From Pseudothermotoga sp. (GTDB lineage Bacteria; Thermotogota; Thermotogae; Thermotogales; DSM-5069): a DNA stretch of 10,692 nt. Position numbers and translations under genes: made by a program. Positions 6,868-10,692 of the stretch are shown here, one piece after another (the stretch's first letter is position 1; each line of letters begins with the position of its first letter). The DNA lies in assembly GCA_031962025.1 (NCBI GenBank), contig JAVRKW010000017.1. One strand, written 5' to 3'. The notes below the pieces were generated by a model. The model was given only the letters and a program-made list of their open reading frames with translations, was not told the DNA's origin and did no database searches.

Positions 6868-8273
6868 AACCACCAGTGAAAAAAACGCCGATGCCTGAGC
6901 AGGAACCTAACGAAAGGATTAAAAATTTTTTTGAAGTTGCACTTGGATATTCACAAGAACAGGCAATTGCCGAAGCAAATAGGTGCCTGCAGTGTCCGGC
7001 ACATCCATGTGTGAGCGGCTGTCCTGTGGGCATAGACATACCAGGTTTCATCAAAAAGATCAAGGAAGGAAATTTCGAAGAATCGGCAAAAATTCTTAAA
7101 AGATACAACAACCTGCCGGCTATATGCGGTAGAGTCTGTCCGCAGGAAGTGCAGTGTGAAGAAAGATGTGTTGTTGGTAAAATACCAGGCTCAGAACCGG
7201 TGGCTATAGGCAGACTTGAGAGATTCGTTGCAGACTGGGAAGCAACCAACATTAAACAGGTGCAAATAAACCTTCCACCCGCCAAGGGAAAAAAGATCGC
7301 GGTGGTTGGTTCTGGACCAGCAGGACTCACTGCCGCTGCAGATCTTGCAAAGATGGGATACTCGGTCGATGTCTTCGAGACTCTGCACAAACCCGGTGGA
7401 GTGCTCGTTTATGGCATACCGGAGTTCAGATTACCAAAATCGATAGTTGAGAGAGAGGTCAAGTATATCGAATCGCTTTCGGTAAAGATCCATTTGAACA
7501 CACCAGTCGGTAAATCCATATCAGTTGAGGAACTCATGGACAGCTACGATGCAATCTTCATAGGAGTTGGTGCCGGCACTCCGAAGTTCATGAAAATACC
7601 GGGAACAAATCTCAACGGAGTTTATTCTGCCAATGAATTTCTAACCAGGGTTAATCTCATGAAGGCATATCTGTTCCCGGAGTACGACACACCTGTGAAA
7701 AAGGGAGCCAATGTTGTAGTGGTAGGTGGAGGAAATGTCGCAATGGATGCCGCAAGGAGCGCTTTGAGATTAGGTGCCAAAAATGTGGTTGTTGTGTACA
7801 GAAGAACCGAACAGGAAATGCCTGCCAGACGGGAAGAATACCTTCATGCAGTCGAAGAGGGAATAAAATTCAAGTGGCTCACACAACCTCTCAGGTACAT
7901 AGGCGATGAAAAAGGCAGAATAATCGGAGTAGAGTGCATAAGTATGGAACTCGGAGAGCCAGATGAATCTGGAAGAAGAAGACCAATTCCAATTGAAGAC
8001 AGCAGATTCATAATAGAAACAGATATGGTTGTGGAAGCAATAGGTACAGATGCAAACAGATTTTTGCTGGGTCAGTTCAAAGGTTTAGCACTCAATAAAT
8101 ATGGATATATCGTGGCTGACAGTGAAACTGGTGCGACGAGTTTGAAAAAAGTTTTTGCCGGTGGAGATATAGTAACCGGAGCCGCAACTGTCATAGAGGC
8201 AATGGGTGCAGGTAAAAGAGCGGCTTATTGGATAGATAAATTTCTTTCGGGTGAATACAATCCATGGATATGA
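6858..8273 (+). CDS. nfnB: NfnAB large subunit (NfnB/SudA; glutamate synthase small-subunit-like)
   Basis: [4Fe-4S] motifs RCLQC..HPCVSGCP and CGRVCPQEVQCE..C, FAD GSGPAG, NADP GGGNVAMD and YRR, C-terminal FAGGDIVTG. Overlaps nfnA. Confidence 0.92.
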   Translation: MAIKPPVKKTPMPEQEPNERIKNFFEVALGYSQEQAIAEANRCLQCPAHPCVSGCPVGIDIPGFIKKIKEGNFEESAKILKRYNNLPAICGRVCPQEVQCEERCVVGKIPGSEPVAIGRLERFVADWEATNIKQVQINLPPAKGKKIAVVGSGPAGLTAAADLAKMGYSVDVFETLHKPGGVLVYGIPEFRLPKSIVEREVKYIESLSVKIHLNTPVGKSISVEELMDSYDAIFIGVGAGTPKFMKIPGTNLNGVYSANEFLTRVNLMKAYLFPEYDTPVKKGANVVVVGGGNVAMDAARSALRLGAKNVVVVYRRTEQEMPARREEYLHAVEEGIKFKWLTQPLRYIGDEKGRIIGVECISMELGEPDESGRRRPIPIEDSRFIIETDMVVEAIGTDANRFLLGQFKGLALNKYGYIVADSETGATSLKKVFAGGDIVTGAATVIEAMGAGKRAAYWIDKFLSGEYNPWI

Positions 8274-8698
8274 ATATCTCATGTTTATTCGTTGATGAGA
8301 ACGATTCTTTGCTTGAAAAATTGAAAACACTTATGAATTCTTTCTCAGCACAGGTGAGTTTTCTTAAAGTGCAGCATGATGTTGATCAAATAGCAGAAGT
8401 GATATTTGAGCAATCCGAAAAATCCGTTGATCTTTTACTCATCTTAGGCGGTGTCGATGTGAAAAGCAAAGCGGTCTCGAGCACAGCGGTGAAAAGAATC
8501 TGCGATGAAAGGGTTTACACACTTGAAACTCACCTGTGTGAACTGCTTGCACAGCACAGAGAATGCATTTTGACTTCTGCAACAGTTGGTGTGAGAAAAA
8601 AGACACTGATCGTATCCTTACCCCAGCATGAGATTGTTTTGAAGATAATACCCTTTTTGCTTGAAATACTACCTTTTATCGAACAAAACCATAGCTGA
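8264..8698 (+). CDS. MoaB/MogA-like molybdopterin-binding-domain protein, degenerate
   Basis: VDLLLILGG, ATVGVRKKTLIVSLP and KVQHDVDQI resemble the MoCF_biosynth fold (D-x-I-L-T-x-GG-T-G; G-x4-TLI-x-LPG). Overlaps the nfnB stop; alternative ATG 8270 gives an ATGA overlap. Confidence 0.6.
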   Translation: MDMNISCLFVDENDSLLEKLKTLMNSFSAQVSFLKVQHDVDQIAEVIFEQSEKSVDLLLILGGVDVKSKAVSSTAVKRICDERVYTLETHLCELLAQHRECILTSATVGVRKKTLIVSLPQHEIVLKIIPFLLEILPFIEQNHS

Positions 8699-8735
8699 AG
8701 CAGGAAACTTTCTGATTAATCTATGAGAGAAATAC

Positions 8736-8761
8736 TCAAAGGCGGTCAGCACCGCCTTTGA
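8736..8761. terminator. Probable bidirectional terminator between convergent genes
   Basis: TCAAAGGCGGT-cagc-ACCGCCTTTGA perfect 11-bp inverted repeat, with TTT after the GC core on either strand. Confidence 0.8.
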
Positions 8762-8765
8762 AGTT

Positions 8766-9923
8766 TTATTTAGAATACACCAGTTCACCGTTGATGAAGA
8801 CTTTTTCAACAACGGCTTTCATGTCAAATGGGTGTCCGGTCCATACGACAAGATCTGCATCTTTTCCCGGTTCAATTGAACCGATTCTATCGGACAGACC
8901 AAGAATTTTCGCTGGATTTATCGTGAGCATCTTTAAAAGTTCTTCTTCCTTCATGCCATATCTCATAGCTGCGGCTGCCTGAACGGTTGCATATTCAAGT
9001 GGTATAACCGGATGATCGCACATCAGAGCTGTCAAAACACCTTTTTCGGTTAGAATCTTTAAACTTTCCATTGTCATATCTCTCAATTCCAGTTTTGTGG
9101 CAAAGGTCAAAAGCGGACCAGCCACAACGGGTATCTTCTTTTGCGCAAGGATATCCGCAATCTTGTAACCTTCTGTGCAGTGTTCTATGACAAACTTGAT
9201 GGAAAACTCTTCTGCTATTCTTATAGCCGTTAAAATATCATCTGCCCTGTGTGCATGTATTCTGGCAGTAAGTTCACCTTTCAACAATTTTTCTCCGACT
9301 TCGTATTTTGGATCTGTATCAACGAACGGTTTGTTCTCTTTCACAGCAAGTTCTTTCTTTTTCATGTAGTCGCGCGATTTAATCAGAAAAGTTCTTATGA
9401 CTGCCGCTGTGCCCATCCTTGTACTGGGAAGGATTTTCTTTTCAGAATAAACGCGTTTTGGATTTTCACCAAGAGCCATTTTCACACCGGCAGGATTTAC
9501 AACACACATCTGAGCGGCTGTTTTTCCATTGAATTTTGCGACAAATCCCTGACCGCCAACCGGGTTCGCACTGCCCATGACCACGAAAGCAGTTGTGACA
9601 CCACCTGAAAGTGCCCTATTTATAGCACTGTCCTGTGGATAAAAGGCATCAATCGCAAACAAATGTGCTGTAACTGGATCTGTCATTTCATTCCCTTCAC
9701 TTTCTGTCGATCCAAGCCCCTCAGGATAAAGCCCGATGTGAGAGTGAGCATCGATGAAACCCGGAAAAAGATACCTGCCGGTCAAATCGAAAACCTCAGT
9801 ACCTCTGGCTGGCTTGATCTGTTCACCCATCCGTTTGATCTTCCCATCTTCGACCAGAACATCTCCCTTAAATGGTTTTGCTGTAACTGGAAAAACTGTG
9901 GCATTCTTAAAAAGGATCTTCAC
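8766..9923 (-). CDS. Metal-dependent amidohydrolase (imidazolonepropionase-like superfamily), substrate unknown
   Basis: PGFIDAHSH (HxH), GGVTT, KMALGENPK, IHAH, IEH, CDHP, TINPAKILG, GSIEPGKDADL. GTG start with SD GGAGGTGG (9935-9928). Confidence 0.92.
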   Translation of the reverse strand: MKILFKNATVFPVTAKPFKGDVLVEDGKIKRMGEQIKPARGTEVFDLTGRYLFPGFIDAHSHIGLYPEGLGSTESEGNEMTDPVTAHLFAIDAFYPQDSAINRALSGGVTTAFVVMGSANPVGGQGFVAKFNGKTAAQMCVVNPAGVKMALGENPKRVYSEKKILPSTRMGTAAVIRTFLIKSRDYMKKKELAVKENKPFVDTDPKYEVGEKLLKGELTARIHAHRADDILTAIRIAEEFSIKFVIEHCTEGYKIADILAQKKIPVVAGPLLTFATKLELRDMTMESLKILTEKGVLTALMCDHPVIPLEYATVQAAAAMRYGMKEEELLKMLTINPAKILGLSDRIGSIEPGKDADLVVWTGHPFDMKAVVEKVFINGELVYSK

Positions 9924-9958
9924 AAGACCACCTCCATATGTTAGTAATACGTACTTTT

Positions 9959-9967
9959 AGTGTACCA
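9959..9967 (-). promoter_or_regulatory. Putative extended -10 promoter of the amidohydrolase
   Basis: Minus strand TGgTACACT about 25 bp upstream of the SD; the -35 is poor. Confidence 0.45.
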
Positions 9968-10022
9968 CACAGCCATGCAAATATTCATCACACATGAAAT
10001 AAACTCTTTTTTTCCAAAAATA

Positions 10023-10031
10023 TGTTATCAT
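10023..10031 (+). promoter_or_regulatory. Putative extended -10 promoter of the last gene
   Basis: TGtTATCAT about 15 bp upstream of SD AAGGGGTG (10047-10054). Confidence 0.4.
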
Positions 10032-10061
10032 TGTTATGTAGTTTCAAAGGGGTGTTACGCG

Positions 10062-10692
10062 CTGAAAAGGGTTTTAGGGACAATTATTTTTTCAGCGATG
10101 ATTTTTTGTATCCTTGCAGGCATTTTATATCTGTGGAACAAAGAGCGTTTCAAAAAAAGAGTTGAAGTTGTCTACAGAGCAGTTTATTGTGCAGTTGATT
10201 ATATAGGACGTTTTATCAATAACGATCTTAAAAATAGTTCAATCTACGAAGCTGTTTTAAACGATGATCAGATCTATATCAACAACAAACTGAATGAAAT
10301 CAAGACAAACTATCCAGCCATCAAACAGATTTTTATTGAGGATCTGGATATTGAAAAATTGCCAGCGACACAAAAATATACGACCATTTTCCAGGACGAT
10401 ATCAAGCTTTTGTTCAAAATAAGCGATGCAAAATCCCCTGATTATCTTTCAGACAAAGCCATAACTGTGTTGATAGATTTAAAACAATTACTCGAATCGC
10501 TTGGTATAAACGATGTAGTTGTTCATAAAGACGGTAAATTCGTACTCATGGATGGTATCAAATGTGATCCCAAAGATGGCTTACTCTCACCGGTTGAACT
10601 CAGTATATCAGCGGTTTTTTCAGTTCTTGGCGGTGTTCTACATACATTAACTAATTCAATTAGAAAGACAAAATCTGAAAAAATCCTGAGCA
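10062..10692 (+). CDS. Membrane protein, 5' partial (TM - extracytoplasmic domain - TM), likely the sensor part of a signalling protein
   Basis: Absent from the ORF track because it runs off the window edge. My translation is open for 210 codons: (M)KRVLGTIIFSAMIFCILAGILYLWNKERF...VELSISAVFSVLGGVLHTLTNSIRKTKSEKILS. Confidence 0.75.
   Translation, partial: MKRVLGTIIFSAMIFCILAGILYLWNKERFKKRVEVVYRAVYCAVDYIGRFINNDLKNSSIYEAVLNDDQIYINNKLNEIKTNYPAIKQIFIEDLDIEKLPATQKYTTIFQDDIKLLFKISDAKSPDYLSDKAITVLIDLKQLLESLGINDVVVHKDGKFVLMDGIKCDPKDGLLSPVELSISAVFSVLGGVLHTLTNSIRKTKSEKILS

Noticed and set aside
6858..8273. Glutamate synthase (gltD/gltA) annotation
   Set aside because: No gltB is adjacent, and coupling to an NfnA-type subunit indicates NfnB.
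245..9960. Remaining short overlapping ORFs in the track (e.g. 1410-1805, 1576-1902, 3294-3566, 6264-6665, 6833-7390, 9249-9608)
   Set aside because: They are antisense or off-frame shadows of well-supported genes with no recognisable motifs.
10023..10058. TGTTAT/TGTTAC direct repeats as an OmpR/PhoB-type box
   Set aside because: Spacing is 9 and 21 bp rather than ~11, and the first copy is explained by the extended -10.

Overview
Bacterial DNA of roughly 40% GC, Thermotogota-like by protein style and gene content (possibly Pseudothermotoga; inference). The window starts with the tail of an upstream gene, then a GH3 beta-N-acetylhexosaminidase and a three-gene CUT1 sugar ABC cassette (chitobiose/GlcNAc-type locus). 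The second permease carries a ~140-aa extracytoplasmic beta-sandwich-like insert. Next is a tandem cytochrome b5-like (heme/steroid-binding) repeat gene whose signal peptide is out of frame at an A9 run. A 254-bp intergenic region follows, holding a complete unannotated minus-strand unit: sigma70 promoter, ~80-nt C-rich RNA and intrinsic terminator. After it come nfnAB (electron-bifurcating transhydrogenase), a degenerate MoaB/Mog-like ORF, a convergent amidohydrolase, and the 5' part of a two-TM membrane protein that probably starts at CTG. The strongest novelty candidates are the C-rich sRNA divergent from nfnAB and the slippage-gated secreted multi-b5 protein.
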